Shown here one piece after another: positions 41,519-50,264 of a stretch of 64,000 bases of DNA. The position numbers were made by a program, and so were the translations under genes. Source of the stretch: a virus; IMG/VR virus record IMGVR_UViG_3300021375_000007, positions 64,001 through 128,000 of that record, one strand, 5' to 3'. The first letter of the stretch is position 1. The number at the start of each line of letters is the position of its first letter. The notes below the pieces were generated by a model. It saw only the letters and a program-made list of their open reading frames with translations, was not told the DNA's origin and did no database searches.

Positions 41519-41586
41519 AACTGATTGTTTAAAATTAATAATTAAGAATAATATAAGTAATTGGTTTCAATAAACCAAATTAAATC

Positions 41587-42153
41587 TTAAAATTGTTTTG
41601 GGATTGGTATATCGCGACGACCACCTCGCTTACGCATATTCTCTAATTGGTCAGCAACATCTAATTCAGCATTTACCATATAATATAATGCTGACATTTC
41701 ACCTAAGATACCACGAAGATTGCGATACATTGTATGTGACATTGGTCCACCGGAAGATGCTTTCTTAGCTGTATCCGCGGCCGCTTCGAGTCTCGTCGCT
41801 ATTCCATCACGTAATTGAGTCCGGCTATAAGTACCAAATCCCTTTACATTGATTTCTGGATCGATTGGGTCGAAATCTTTTGGATCTGCTAAAGTGCCAT
41901 ACGTCTTATCTTGGTTCATTGCCTCAGTTAAAGATTCTTCAATTTCATCTTCAGGAATTAGTTTAGTTATCCAACCTGTCTTTTTAGCTGCAAGCTTAAG
42001 TGCAAGTTTCCTAGGCATCTGGTCTTGGATAATTTTACCAGATTTACGATCTACAACTCTTGACCAACCTGTCTTATCTTGTTTCATTTCGTCTAAAGAT
42101 TCTTTGATAACACCAGCAACTTCTTCTTTTAACTTTTTACGTATATCTTTCAT
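41587..42153 (-). CDS. Putative head-packaged protein
   Basis: KLKEE..VIKES, LTEA motifs; in late-motif operon. Confidence 0.45.
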   Translation of the reverse strand: MKDIRKKLKEEVAGVIKESLDEMKQDKTGWSRVVDRKSGKIIQDQMPRKLALKLAAKKTGWITKLIPEDEIEESLTEAMNQDKTYGTLADPKDFDPIDPEINVKGFGTYSRTQLRDGIATRLEAAADTAKKASSGGPMSHTMYRNLRGILGEMSALYYMVNAELDVADQLENMRKRGGRRDIPIPKQF

Positions 42154-42347
42154 TAGATAATTTTTTTTGTTTCATTCAATGATTGCTTACGGTAATCAGT
42201 AATCAATTTTTTCATTTCACTAATCGCCTTTCTAGACTTAACAGCTGCTGTCTTAAATCCATTGGAAGCAAATCGGGTATGCTCTGATTCAAAGGTATCC
42301 CATAGCTCTTTCATGGACTCATATAATTCATGTGACGTTTTACTCAT
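42153..42347 (-). CDS. Histone H1-like (Hc1-type) small protein
   Basis: NGFKTAAVKSRKAISEMKKLITDYRKQS matches the Bacteroidota Hc1-like GNKAAG.RARK pattern. Confidence 0.65.
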   Translation of the reverse strand: MSKTSHELYESMKELWDTFESEHTRFASNGFKTAAVKSRKAISEMKKLITDYRKQSLNETKKII

Positions 42348-42370
42348 TGTATAATCCTTTCAAATAAATA

Positions 42371-42586
42371 TTAAGCATATTCAAATTCAGAGCCCATATC
42401 CAATTCGCACCAAGACTGATAAAAATTTAATCGCAATAATCTTTCATTAGCAATATCCATGTCTTGGTATATTAATTCTCCATCTAGATATACCTCGCCA
42501 ATCATGGTTTCATCATCCACAAAGAATTCTAGCTCCTCACCATCCAGCGCTGTACCAGTATTTAAATTTTCTAATGTAATCATCAT
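42371..42586 (-). CDS. Hypothetical acidic protein
   Basis: Late motif at 42599-42607. Confidence 0.45.
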   Translation of the reverse strand: MMITLENLNTGTALDGEELEFFVDDETMIGEVYLDGELIYQDMDIANERLLRLNFYQSWCELDMGSEFEYA

Positions 42587-42622
42587 AACTTCCTTTAATA
42601 TAAATATCGATGACAGAGCACA

Positions 42623-42820
42623 TCACTTGGCTTTTATACGCTTAATTTCATTGCTTTTGAACCCACCCATTTCAAGACGTTTATACAATTCTTGTTTGGC
42701 TAAACGATGCATTGGATCATTATAATCACAATACATTATATATGGTATCCAATCTAATACTCCATTCTTATGTATAAGAACATTATAGGTATGTCGGTGT
42801 GGATAAGGCTTAGATATCAT
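42623..42820 (-). CDS. Hypothetical protein
   Basis: Operon packing. Confidence 0.4.
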   Translation of the reverse strand: MISKPYPHRHTYNVLIHKNGVLDWIPYIMYCDYNDPMHRLAKQELYKRLEMGGFKSNEIKRIKAK

Positions 42821-43106
42821 GGTTCAAAAAATCTCGTTGTTTATCTATTGCATCCTTTAGATCTGAAGATACCGATTTTTTAGACTCTTTAACAGCTTTT
42901 GTTTTACCAGTCTTATCCAGGATAAACCAAGCCGGCGGTTTCTTCTCATCTTTAATATACTTGAAGAATTTAGCCTTAGGGTATTTGGTCTTAGTGGAAT
43001 GGTCCTGGACGGTATATGAATTATCATCATTTACCTTTATAATAGTACCTTCCTTAGGATATCCTAGGAATCGATATTTAACTACATCTCCTAATTTAGC
43101 TTTCAT
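42810..43106 (-). CDS. Hypothetical protein (SH3-like)
   Basis: KLGDVVKY...GTIIKV. Confidence 0.45.
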   Translation of the reverse strand: MKAKLGDVVKYRFLGYPKEGTIIKVNDDNSYTVQDHSTKTKYPKAKFFKYIKDEKKPPAWFILDKTGKTKAVKESKKSVSSDLKDAIDKQRDFLNHDI

Positions 43107-43193
43107 TTTATTTGTTTTTATCTGGGTATTTGTTATTTAAATATTGCATTATGCTACCTAATACAAAAAATGCACCTAAGGCAAGTAATTCTA

Positions 43194-43757
43194 TCATGTT
43201 ATTTGTTTTAAGCACTGTGCACGCATTCCAGGATCACCATCCTTCATTGCTTGAAGCAATACTGCCTTTTCCTTAAGGTATACTTTAGAAAAATTAGGGT
43301 CATGTTCAGTAATGCTAAGCGTGTTATCAAATAGGTCACAGTATTTAACCGTTTGAGCATCGGCACTAGCTCGAGAAAGTCGATCGGCTTCTTTCGCCTT
43401 TCGGGTCTTTCGGTTTAGGTCTGGATATTTAACCTTTTCAAATTCATCGGTAAGGTCAATGACCATATCTAAAATATCTTCTGCTGAATCTTTTACAGCA
43501 ACTGTACAAAAAAGAAACTGGCCAAGCTCGTCGACACTTACATCTGTATCTTCAAGTACATCATGCAGATAAGCTGCTGCTTGCATTTCCATGCTACCAC
43601 CAATTTCAGCAACTTTAGCCGAAACTGCTATTGGATGCACTATATAAGGCTCTCCGGTATACTTTCGTTTTTGTCCTTGATGCGCAATCGCAGCGAAATG
43701 CAGTATTTCATTTAACTCTTTTTGTATCATTGGAATATTGGCTTTTGACGTGGACAT
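43194..43757 (-). CDS. RelA/SpoT-type HD hydrolase (Mesh1/small alarmone hydrolase-like)
   Basis: AHQGQKRKYTGEPYIVHP, YLHDVLEDT, VKYCDLFDN; true start may be 43730. Confidence 0.85.
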   Translation of the reverse strand: MSTSKANIPMIQKELNEILHFAAIAHQGQKRKYTGEPYIVHPIAVSAKVAEIGGSMEMQAAAYLHDVLEDTDVSVDELGQFLFCTVAVKDSAEDILDMVIDLTDEFEKVKYPDLNRKTRKAKEADRLSRASADAQTVKYCDLFDNTLSITEHDPNFSKVYLKEKAVLLQAMKDGDPGMRAQCLKQIT

Positions 43758-43954
43758 TCTTTAATGGTTTTTGAATCAACTGGCCATAATGGACAACGAT
43801 CGACTGTAACTTGAAACTGGTTATGCAGATTGGTATTAACACCAATGAAGTCTGCAATGCCAATCATTCGTCGACCTTTGAAAATAAACTCGACTCGCGT
43901 ACCTAACAGGTGACGGAAGTCTGGATGGCTCATATTGAATAACTGTTCTTTCAT
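43727..43954 (-). CDS. Hypothetical early protein
   Basis: Early promoter upstream. Confidence 0.5.
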   Translation of the reverse strand: MKEQLFNMSHPDFRHLLGTRVEFIFKGRRMIGIADFIGVNTNLHNQFQVTVDRCPLWPVDSKTIKECPRQKPIFQ

Positions 43955-43972
43955 CTCTCAATCTCTTATATC

Positions 43973-44003
43973 TAAAGATAGCGAAATGAGCGACGCGAAC
44001 CAA
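43973..44003 (-). promoter_or_regulatory. Early promoter
   Basis: TTG GTTCGCGT..(N20) TATCTTTA with upstream A-tracts. Confidence 0.7.
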
Positions 44004-44021
44004 CCTTTTTAGAAACTTTTT

Positions 44022-44630
44022 TTAGAAACTTGCGTTTGGTATTACATATGCTACTACAACATTACCATTAGATAACTCACCGACGAATTTACCGACGTTG
44101 TAAGTTTGAAATTTGATTGGGTTAATTTTATTTGCCTTAGCGACCGAATTCGCCATCTGCCAGGCACCTGATTCTGTACTACCGACTGTTCGTATTATTG
44201 TAAAGCTAGCTGTTTTTTTATTGTTCATCCATGCCTTCATGAAGGTTCGTCCTGGCGCGCCGTCCCAATTTTCTTCCTTAGCCATTTTAACTAAGTCTTT
44301 ATATGAAACATCTTTTTGTATTTGCTTCATTGTTTCAGCTTGCATTTCTGTATTAGCAATTTGGGTAATATCTTTTACTTGCTCAGGATTCAATCCTAAT
44401 GCCGGTCCTGTTAATTTAGCTAATATAGTAGCTGTCAATACACCTTTCCTGGCATATCTTTTTACTTTGCTTAATATATCTTTAAAATCAACTTCAGCCT
44501 CGGTTAATCCTTCGCCAATGATATCATCAAATATCTTCTGTTCATCAGATGACAATTCTACTTCTTCCCTTTCACGCAATACAGCTTTGATTTCTTCTTT
44601 AATAATATTTCTTAGTTCTGATCGTTTCAT
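44022..44630 (-). CDS. Putative head-packaged protein
   Basis: MKRSELRNIIKEEIKAVLRE leader; late motif at 44652-44660. Confidence 0.5.
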   Translation of the reverse strand: MKRSELRNIIKEEIKAVLREREEVELSSDEQKIFDDIIGEGLTEAEVDFKDILSKVKRYARKGVLTATILAKLTGPALGLNPEQVKDITQIANTEMQAETMKQIQKDVSYKDLVKMAKEENWDGAPGRTFMKAWMNNKKTASFTIIRTVGSTESGAWQMANSVAKANKINPIKFQTYNVGKFVGELSNGNVVVAYVIPNASF

Positions 44631-44659
44631 GATATTCCTTTAAAGGTTTAATATAAATA

Positions 44660-45199
44660 TTAGAATCCGGTCGTATTAACACCTTTACCACCATTTATAT
44701 TTCCAACGTATAAGTAATGGCAATTATAGCATAATAGCCTTAGGTTGTCTTTAAGGTGGTTTGTACGGTCTCCATCCTTCCAATCTAATAGCAGTGGTAC
44801 TGAATAATCAACTACTCTACGCTCTTCAAATCCACACTCATCGCATTTCTCTTCGAATATTGCATACTTAAGCAAACGCTTCTTTAAATTACCTTTACTC
44901 TTTAGTTCTGGACATTTACCGTTAAGGATTCTATCCAATGAATACTTACCCGTTGTTAAGGCACTTTTACGGTTGCCTTTCTTCATCCCCTTACCACCAG
45001 TATTCTTATGCAATTCAAAAAGGCTTTTACCTGTAGCCTCATCCTTATACATTTTTGCATACTTTTTAAAGGTATCAAATGATACCCGCAAAAATCTAGC
45101 TGCACCAGAACATGATTTGGTATTGGTCATTGCATACCGAATTTCAGTTTCGGTAATATTCATCGGTTGCCGGCCGAGACCGTAGATATATGAACTCAT
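44660..45199 (-). CDS. HNH endonuclease-like protein with N-terminal HTH
   Basis: CDECG...LDWKDGDRTNHLKDNLRLLCYNCH; catalytic His position appears to be W. Confidence 0.7.
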   Translation of the reverse strand: MSSYIYGLGRQPMNITETEIRYAMTNTKSCSGAARFLRVSFDTFKKYAKMYKDEATGKSLFELHKNTGGKGMKKGNRKSALTTGKYSLDRILNGKCPELKSKGNLKKRLLKYAIFEEKCDECGFEERRVVDYSVPLLLDWKDGDRTNHLKDNLRLLCYNCHYLYVGNINGGKGVNTTGF

Positions 45200-45285
45200 T
45201 GTATAACTCCTATTTAGGATAAATATACTATGACATCTTTTTTCTTACCGCTAGCGGTATTAACTAATCTACGTGTTATGGAATA

Positions 45286-45831
45286 TTAAGATGGATCGAA
45301 TGCATCATCATAATCAGCTGTAATGCCACGATCTGCTAATGCTTTAACAATTTTATCTAATTGGTCGATATCGTAATTATTTGGCAACTCTAACTGCTTG
45401 CCACTAGATCGGTAATTATATGCATTCTTTTTTATGAAATACTTAGCCTTTTCACCGCCTAATTTTTTGTAATGCCTAGATTTCTTGTCAGGATCGGTAT
45501 ATAAATATAATCCATAAAATCGGCCGCCATCGGTATATGTAATTTGAGCACCTTTAACAACTACTAACTTACCACCATCGAAATCCGTATGGTATCCTAA
45601 TCCATCGAGGAAGCTCTTTAGCTCATACGTGAAATCAGATGATCCAAATCCTTCACCTTCCGGCCAATCGGCACTAGTTTCTTCTGCTACTTCTGTAGCC
45701 ACATTTAATGTTGCACGTTCCCTGGCTTCTTCTTTCGAAATAAATCCACTCTGGAGTGCACGGTCGATTAATCGCTGTGGATCGTATATTAATCTACTAG
45801 CTTCTGATAATAATGATTTAAGTTTGATCAT
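45286..45831 (-). CDS. Putative head-packaged protein
   Basis: MIKLKSLLSEA leader; late motif at 45852-45859. Confidence 0.5.
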   Translation of the reverse strand: MIKLKSLLSEASRLIYDPQRLIDRALQSGFISKEEARERATLNVATEVAEETSADWPEGEGFGSSDFTYELKSFLDGLGYHTDFDGGKLVVVKGAQITYTDGGRFYGLYLYTDPDKKSRHYKKLGGEKAKYFIKKNAYNYRSSGKQLELPNNYDIDQLDKIVKALADRGITADYDDAFDPS

Positions 45832-45870
45832 GATGGTTACCTAATTTTTAAATAAATATGCATTAAATGC

Positions 45871-45898
45871 AAAACCCCGAGGATATAATACCCCGGGG
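45871..45898 (-). terminator. Rho-independent terminator
   Basis: CCCCGGGG-TATTATAT-CCTCGGGG-TTTT on the minus strand. Confidence 0.7.
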
Positions 45899-45923
45899 CC
45901 TGCGACCTTTAAAGAACAGCGGA

Positions 45924-46403
45924 TTATTTACTAGCCGCCTCTAGTATAGGCATATTAGCTTCAGTTGGGATATAGATCTTCTCACCATCCATTTTATCGA
46001 TATTCCTTACCCATAGATAATGAATATATTGATCTGAAAGCTTTCCATCTTCAATTTCAATTGCTTCTGCCATACCTTTCGCTCGCTCTACTTCTGCTTC
46101 CGCATTAAGTTTCTGAGCATCTAGATTGGCCTGAGCTTCTTCTACAAGAATCTTTCTGTTCTGTTCCGCTTGCGCCATTTCAGCACGTCCGGACATTTCG
46201 GCTCGCCATACATTATATGTCGGCCATCCGGCAAACATTCCTACGAGTACTAACACAATAATAATCGGCCATACTATCATTTTTACTATTGCCAGGTTTT
46301 TCTTATGCCGCTGAACTTCATACTTCTCAGCATTATTAAACATTGCTTTTCGTGCTTGATAGTTCATATTATCAAACTGGTCTTGCATATCTGCGTTTGT
46401 CAT
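45924..46403 (-). CDS. Membrane protein with SPFH/band-7-like coiled coil
   Basis: TM helix, PTYNVW...AEVERAKG...YIPTEANMPILEA. Confidence 0.65.
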   Translation of the reverse strand: MTNADMQDQFDNMNYQARKAMFNNAEKYEVQRHKKNLAIVKMIVWPIIIVLVLVGMFAGWPTYNVWRAEMSGRAEMAQAEQNRKILVEEAQANLDAQKLNAEAEVERAKGMAEAIEIEDGKLSDQYIHYLWVRNIDKMDGEKIYIPTEANMPILEAASK

Positions 46404-46447
46404 TTTAATTATTTATTAATGGTTATTACTTAATTATCTTAACACTA

Positions 46448-46478
46448 TAAATATGGGAAATAAATCAACGCGATCCTA
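46448..46478 (-). promoter_or_regulatory. Early promoter (duplicate of 60667-60697)
   Basis: TAG GATCGCGT..(N20) CATATTTA. Confidence 0.7.
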
Positions 46479-46485
46479 ATAAAAG

Positions 46486-46764
46486 TTAAAAATTATTTTC
46501 CTGCTCGCGTTTAGCTACTAAGTCTTCATATTTAGTAACCGCAGGTGCTTCTTTGGTAAGGTCTGAATACATACCAGCCAATGTACCACCTTGCGTTACA
46601 CTGTTCTTAAACACGTCGATAGCTTTATCAAATCGATCTGGCGTAAGTTCGTCTAAAGATTCAATAACAAAATTACCCGTAGATGGAGTATAAACCATCC
46701 AGGTATCATTTGGAGCCGTCCGAAGACTGAATCCATCTTTGATATATTGAGTTAGTTTTTTCAT
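46486..46764 (-). CDS. Hypothetical protein
   Basis: Packing. Confidence 0.45.
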   Translation of the reverse strand: MKKLTQYIKDGFSLRTAPNDTWMVYTPSTGNFVIESLDELTPDRFDKAIDVFKNSVTQGGTLAGMYSDLTKEAPAVTKYEDLVAKREQENNF

Positions 46765-46770
46765 CGCCCC

Positions 46771-47028
46771 CTAGGTTGTTTTTAATTGAAGCACGTCTGG
46801 TTGTTGGACTATAAAATAATAATCTAAAAATGCTTTAGGATAAAGCATAACCTTACCAGCATATTTTGAATTTGTAATTGTACGTGAATCCATTGGTACT
46901 TTATTTTCTTTGGCATACTTGTATACATCACGTCCAAGTTGCTTACCTACACCTTTACCAAAGTAATCATATAATGACATTAGAACGGATTGTTTATTTA
47001 CTGTGCTGTTTTTCATTTTAGTTTTCAT
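46771..47028 (-). CDS. Hypothetical protein
   Basis: SLYDYFG...GKVMLYPKAFLD; directly after tRNA-Leu. Confidence 0.55.
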   Translation of the reverse strand: MKTKMKNSTVNKQSVLMSLYDYFGKGVGKQLGRDVYKYAKENKVPMDSRTITNSKYAGKVMLYPKAFLDYYFIVQQPDVLQLKTT

Positions 47029-47036
47029 TTTGTATT

Positions 47037-47124
47037 TGGTACTCGGAGCCGGGGTCGAACCGGCACGGCCTCAACGGCCACAGGATTTTAAGTCCTGCGT
47101 GTCTACCAATTCCACCATCCGAGC
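47037..47124 (-). tRNA. tRNA-Leu (UAA)
   Basis: GCTCGGA/TCCGAGT acceptor, CAGGA-CTTAAAA-TCCTG anticodon arm, long variable arm, TTCGACC loop, encoded CCA. Confidence 0.95.
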
Positions 47125-47167
47125 ATGATATTAATATAAGAAAATAAGTTTAAATGTCCTAAGGAAT

Positions 47168-47854
47168 TTATGCAAATACTCTGTCAGGTATTTCAGCCGC
47201 CTGCTTCTTCCCGGCCTTTGTCATATCTAAAAATTGTTCGGCTTCTTTACGGCCAATGACTTTAATAATACGTCGCAATATAACTGCTCGCTCTTGTGGT
47301 GAAGAATTTTTATACCGCATAAATAGCTTAACGAATTGTTCTTCTTTCTCTCTACCTAACCGCATCTTGTAATCTATTATATCGGCAAAGTCCATAAACC
47401 AATGCCCATCAATCAAATCAGCACGTGAAAGGATATCTGATGTCGATGCAACATTGTAATCCAGAGCCTGGTCGGCACCTAGTCTAGGATCCCATGAACT
47501 AAATACTGATAATTCTTTACCTTCTACTTCAAACTCCCAACCTTTATTATAAAGGTCTTCTTTACCGGCATTTTTCCAATATTTTTTATCAGGAATTACT
47601 ATATCAATATCACCTATCGTACGATCTATTTTAACTGTCTTTATTAGTTCTGGATATAAGAATATGCGTGCACTGCCAGCAATGAAATATGCTTGCTCTT
47701 TTGGATCGATGTCCATAGGCTCGAATATATGCTTATCTGCCAGATCTAATAGGGTTTGTAGTTTAGATGAAACCTCTGTTAGCAAATCTGATTTTGCAGA
47801 CTGCCAGAGTTCCTCATGTAAGGATTCAATATATAGTGGTGCTAGCTTGTACAT
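47168..47854 (-). CDS. Nucleotidyltransferase-like protein (Pol beta superfamily)
   Basis: FIAGSA...GDIDIV motif; N-terminal LHEE/LLTE. Confidence 0.6.
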   Translation of the reverse strand: MYKLAPLYIESLHEELWQSAKSDLLTEVSSKLQTLLDLADKHIFEPMDIDPKEQAYFIAGSARIFLYPELIKTVKIDRTIGDIDIVIPDKKYWKNAGKEDLYNKGWEFEVEGKELSVFSSWDPRLGADQALDYNVASTSDILSRADLIDGHWFMDFADIIDYKMRLGREKEEQFVKLFMRYKNSSPQERAVILRRIIKVIGRKEAEQFLDMTKAGKKQAAEIPDRVFA

Positions 47855-47865
47855 TAATTGTTAAA

Positions 47866-48162
47866 CTAGAAGTCAATATCACTCGGAGTGGTTCCTTTAA
47901 ACATAGAATCCAGGCCTGACTGTTTTGGTCCTGACTGTCCTTCCATATACTCACCAGTCTCGATATATTCAGTCATACCTTGGAATACATAAGCTAAGCT
48001 CTTAACTAGATCTTCACCGCCGGCTGCATAGGCCTCATCAACAAAATTAACTAGGTCTTTTTCAACCGTATCAGCATCCGTCCATTTAGTCATGATATCT
48101 GATTTGATTTCAGATTCTGTTAAATTTTTACGTCTCCATTTATGTATATCGAATTGTGCCAT
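47866..48162 (-). CDS. Putative head-packaged protein
   Basis: MAQFDIHKWRRKNLTES leader; late-like motif and AAGGA upstream. Confidence 0.45.
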   Translation of the reverse strand: MAQFDIHKWRRKNLTESEIKSDIMTKWTDADTVEKDLVNFVDEAYAAGGEDLVKSLAYVFQGMTEYIETGEYMEGQSGPKQSGLDSMFKGTTPSDIDF

Positions 48163-48190
48163 TGGTATCCTTTATATTAAATATGCAATA

Positions 48191-48550
48191 TTAATGATTA
48201 TAGCCTATAAATTTAACGTCTAAGGCAGGTACTCCTAATTGCTCTACCATATGCTCATATTCCTCATTAAGCTGCCAATTAGCCATATCAGCTAATCCTT
48301 GAATCAACTCCTGGTATGTTTCTTGAAGATCATAGCTGCCTATATCTAACCGGCACCAGCAAATATATTTAGTTAATTCATTTAGTCTAACTAGGTCACC
48401 ATCGGCAAATCGAGTCTCTATCACTTCTAGAAGATTGAATTTTATTTTTTCCGCGACTAGATCATTATGATCATACATCTCTCGAGACCATGGTTTTGTG
48501 ATTTCAATTCCATATTCAACTTTTTTTCTTTTTACGCTCATTTCATTCAT
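48191..48550 (-). CDS. Hypothetical early protein
   Basis: Early promoter and leader. Confidence 0.55.
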   Translation of the reverse strand: MNEMSVKRKKVEYGIEITKPWSREMYDHNDLVAEKIKFNLLEVIETRFADGDLVRLNELTKYICWCRLDIGSYDLQETYQELIQGLADMANWQLNEEYEHMVEQLGVPALDVKFIGYNH

Positions 48551-48567
48551 TCTTTAAAGGTTATATC

Positions 48568-48598
48568 TAAAGATGGCAAAAAAATCAACGCGATCCTA
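48568..48598 (-). promoter_or_regulatory. Early promoter
   Basis: TAG GATCGCGT..(N20) CATCTTTA. Confidence 0.7.
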
Positions 48599-48785
48599 AT
48601 TTTTGTTTAACTATTTTAGCACATTTCTCATAGTCTTCAATAGACTCATAATACCGTAATACCACCTCTGGATCTTCATGGTTGGCAGGAAGATAGAACA
48701 CCTCCTGCGCAGCAAGCTTGTCGTAGTCTGTAGTGCCAATTAATAGGCGGTAGGCGTTGTGGTAGGACTCTTCGATTTCAGTCAT
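48585..48785 (-). CDS. Small protein with UVR-like EDYEKCA motif
   Basis: YYESIEDYEKCAKI; start reassigned to MTEIEE. Confidence 0.55.
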   Translation of the reverse strand: MTEIEESYHNAYRLLIGTTDYDKLAAQEVFYLPANHEDPEVVLRYYESIEDYEKCAKIVKQKLGSR

Positions 48786-48870
48786 GTTTTTGGTTTCTAT
48801 CATATTCCTTCTTATATCTATACAGCGGATATGCAATTATTATTAAGAGTATCAGTGCTATTACCATCAT
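48778..48870 (-). CDS. Small membrane peptide (30 aa, not in track)
   Basis: MMVIALILLIIIAYPLYRYKKEYDRNQKHD; starts directly after junction repeat. Confidence 0.45.
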   Translation of the reverse strand: MMVIALILLIIIAYPLYRYKKEYDRNQKHD

Positions 48871-48882
48871 CTTTGTTTTGGT

Positions 48883-49116
48883 TTAATATCCATAATTTAC
48901 TTTAATAGCCATTGCTTGATGTTCGCCAGCCTTACCAAAATCTTTCATCACCTCAATAGCAATATCTGTATCTAATTGGCAGATGATGTTGGAAAAATAT
49001 CCTAACATACTTTCCTTATCAGTTTCATATTGTGGAGGAAACTCTAACATAAATCCTTCTATCTCTGATGTAATGGTATTTACTTTACCTTGTGTTTTTT
49101 TATCTAACTTACTCAT
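48883..49116 (-). CDS. Hypothetical protein
   Basis: In junction-repeat array. Confidence 0.55.
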   Translation of the reverse strand: MSKLDKKTQGKVNTITSEIEGFMLEFPPQYETDKESMLGYFSNIICQLDTDIAIEVMKDFGKAGEHQAMAIKVNYGY

Positions 49117-49117
49117 C

Positions 49118-49909
49118 TTATATGTATTTTACAATTGTTGTATGTCCTATTTTAAATTCACCATCTGCATCGATAAGATATTGTCCACTAGGTAAAGTGT
49201 CAATATAATAATACTTACCACTAGTTGCTTTACCTTCGATATCAATTCGGTCTTGATGTGTATGACCTACAATCTGAATATAATTTTTCTTTAAATCGGT
49301 ATTCTTATTTGAACGTTGAAGTGAACGTGGTCTAATCCAAATTGGAGATTGCCAATCATCATCGCCATATCCATTTGGGCTGATGCCTGTATTGTTTCTA
49401 TCATAACCTGCATTGAAGGTAAATTCGTTTGGCTTATAAAGAAATAAATCATTTAGGAAATCTGATATCATTGATTCATCTACGTTATCTTGCTTCCAAA
49501 AACCTACATCTTTTAAGAATCGAGAACTAACACCAGCATGAGTACATAATCTATTACCGATTAGTACAGATAGTTGAAAGCACTTTTCATTTTCTCTAAA
49601 GAATTGTTCGTATTGAAATGACATAGTTGATTGAAAGCCTGATGTACTACCTCGATCTTTAATACCTGGCCAATAGTGAATATCATGATTTCCTATCAAA
49701 AGGTATACTTTCTTGGTAGGATCTAATTCTTGTTTCTTTTTGAACTCAACTATCTTCTTAATATTATCTAATTGAATTACTGCCGGAATGTCAAATGAAT
49801 CGAAATAATCTCCAATGAAAACAATGTTATCAGCATCTTCGTGTTCGGTAACAATATCTTTCCATACATCTCTACCATGTATATCTCCTATGTATATTGT
49901 TTCATTCAT
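49118..49909 (-). CDS. Calcineurin-like metallophosphoesterase
   Basis: IGDIHG, IGDYFD, IGNHD, THAG, VGHT. Confidence 0.9.
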   Translation of the reverse strand: MNETIYIGDIHGRDVWKDIVTEHEDADNIVFIGDYFDSFDIPAVIQLDNIKKIVEFKKKQELDPTKKVYLLIGNHDIHYWPGIKDRGSTSGFQSTMSFQYEQFFRENEKCFQLSVLIGNRLCTHAGVSSRFLKDVGFWKQDNVDESMISDFLNDLFLYKPNEFTFNAGYDRNNTGISPNGYGDDDWQSPIWIRPRSLQRSNKNTDLKKNYIQIVGHTHQDRIDIEGKATSGKYYYIDTLPSGQYLIDADGEFKIGHTTIVKYI

Positions 49910-50033
49910 TCTTCTCGTTTAATTTTCTAATTTCTTCCAATAATGCCATAGCAACTCTTACATCAGAATCAAACATTTGGGTCAAATGCCTCTCATAATT
50001 TATAAGGTCGTTTAGTGTTTTTATCTTATCCAT
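49902..50033 (-). CDS. Small hypothetical protein (43 aa, not in track)
   Basis: MDKIKTLNDLINYERHLTQMFDSDVRVAMALLEEIRKLNEKNE; starts after junction repeat. Confidence 0.5.
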   Translation of the reverse strand: MDKIKTLNDLINYERHLTQMFDSDVRVAMALLEEIRKLNEKNE

Positions 50034-50063
50034 CTTCTTTGTTTTGGTTTACTCACAATGTTG

Positions 50064-50116
50064 TTACAACTTCACCTAAGACACATTAAAACGATGTCTT
50101 AGCCAATAGTTGTATG
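50064..50116 (+). mobile_element. attC-like integron recombination site 1
   Basis: TACAAC-5nt-CTAAGACA...TGTCTTAG-6nt-GTTGTA. Confidence 0.6.
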
Positions 50117-50129
50117 CAATTAAAAAAGA

Positions 50130-50259
50130 CATACAACAATAAATATAAGTAATGCGGAGTATAGTCTTTCTTTATTCCAGTGGTTACTTCGTCAAGATGG
50201 GTGGCTTACTATACCATCATACCAACAAGTTACCGCACTACCCATATTCTTTGTTTTGG
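50130..50259 (+). mobile_element. attC-like site 2 (long, degenerate)
   Basis: CATACAAC-5nt-ATATAAGTAATGCGG...CCGCACTACCCATAT-5nt-GTT. Confidence 0.5.
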
Positions 50260-50264
50260 GTTAA

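Noticed and set aside
44660-45199. HNH gene as an intron-encoded homing endonuclease
   Set aside because: It is free-standing with its own late motif, interrupts no gene, and the catalytic His looks substituted.
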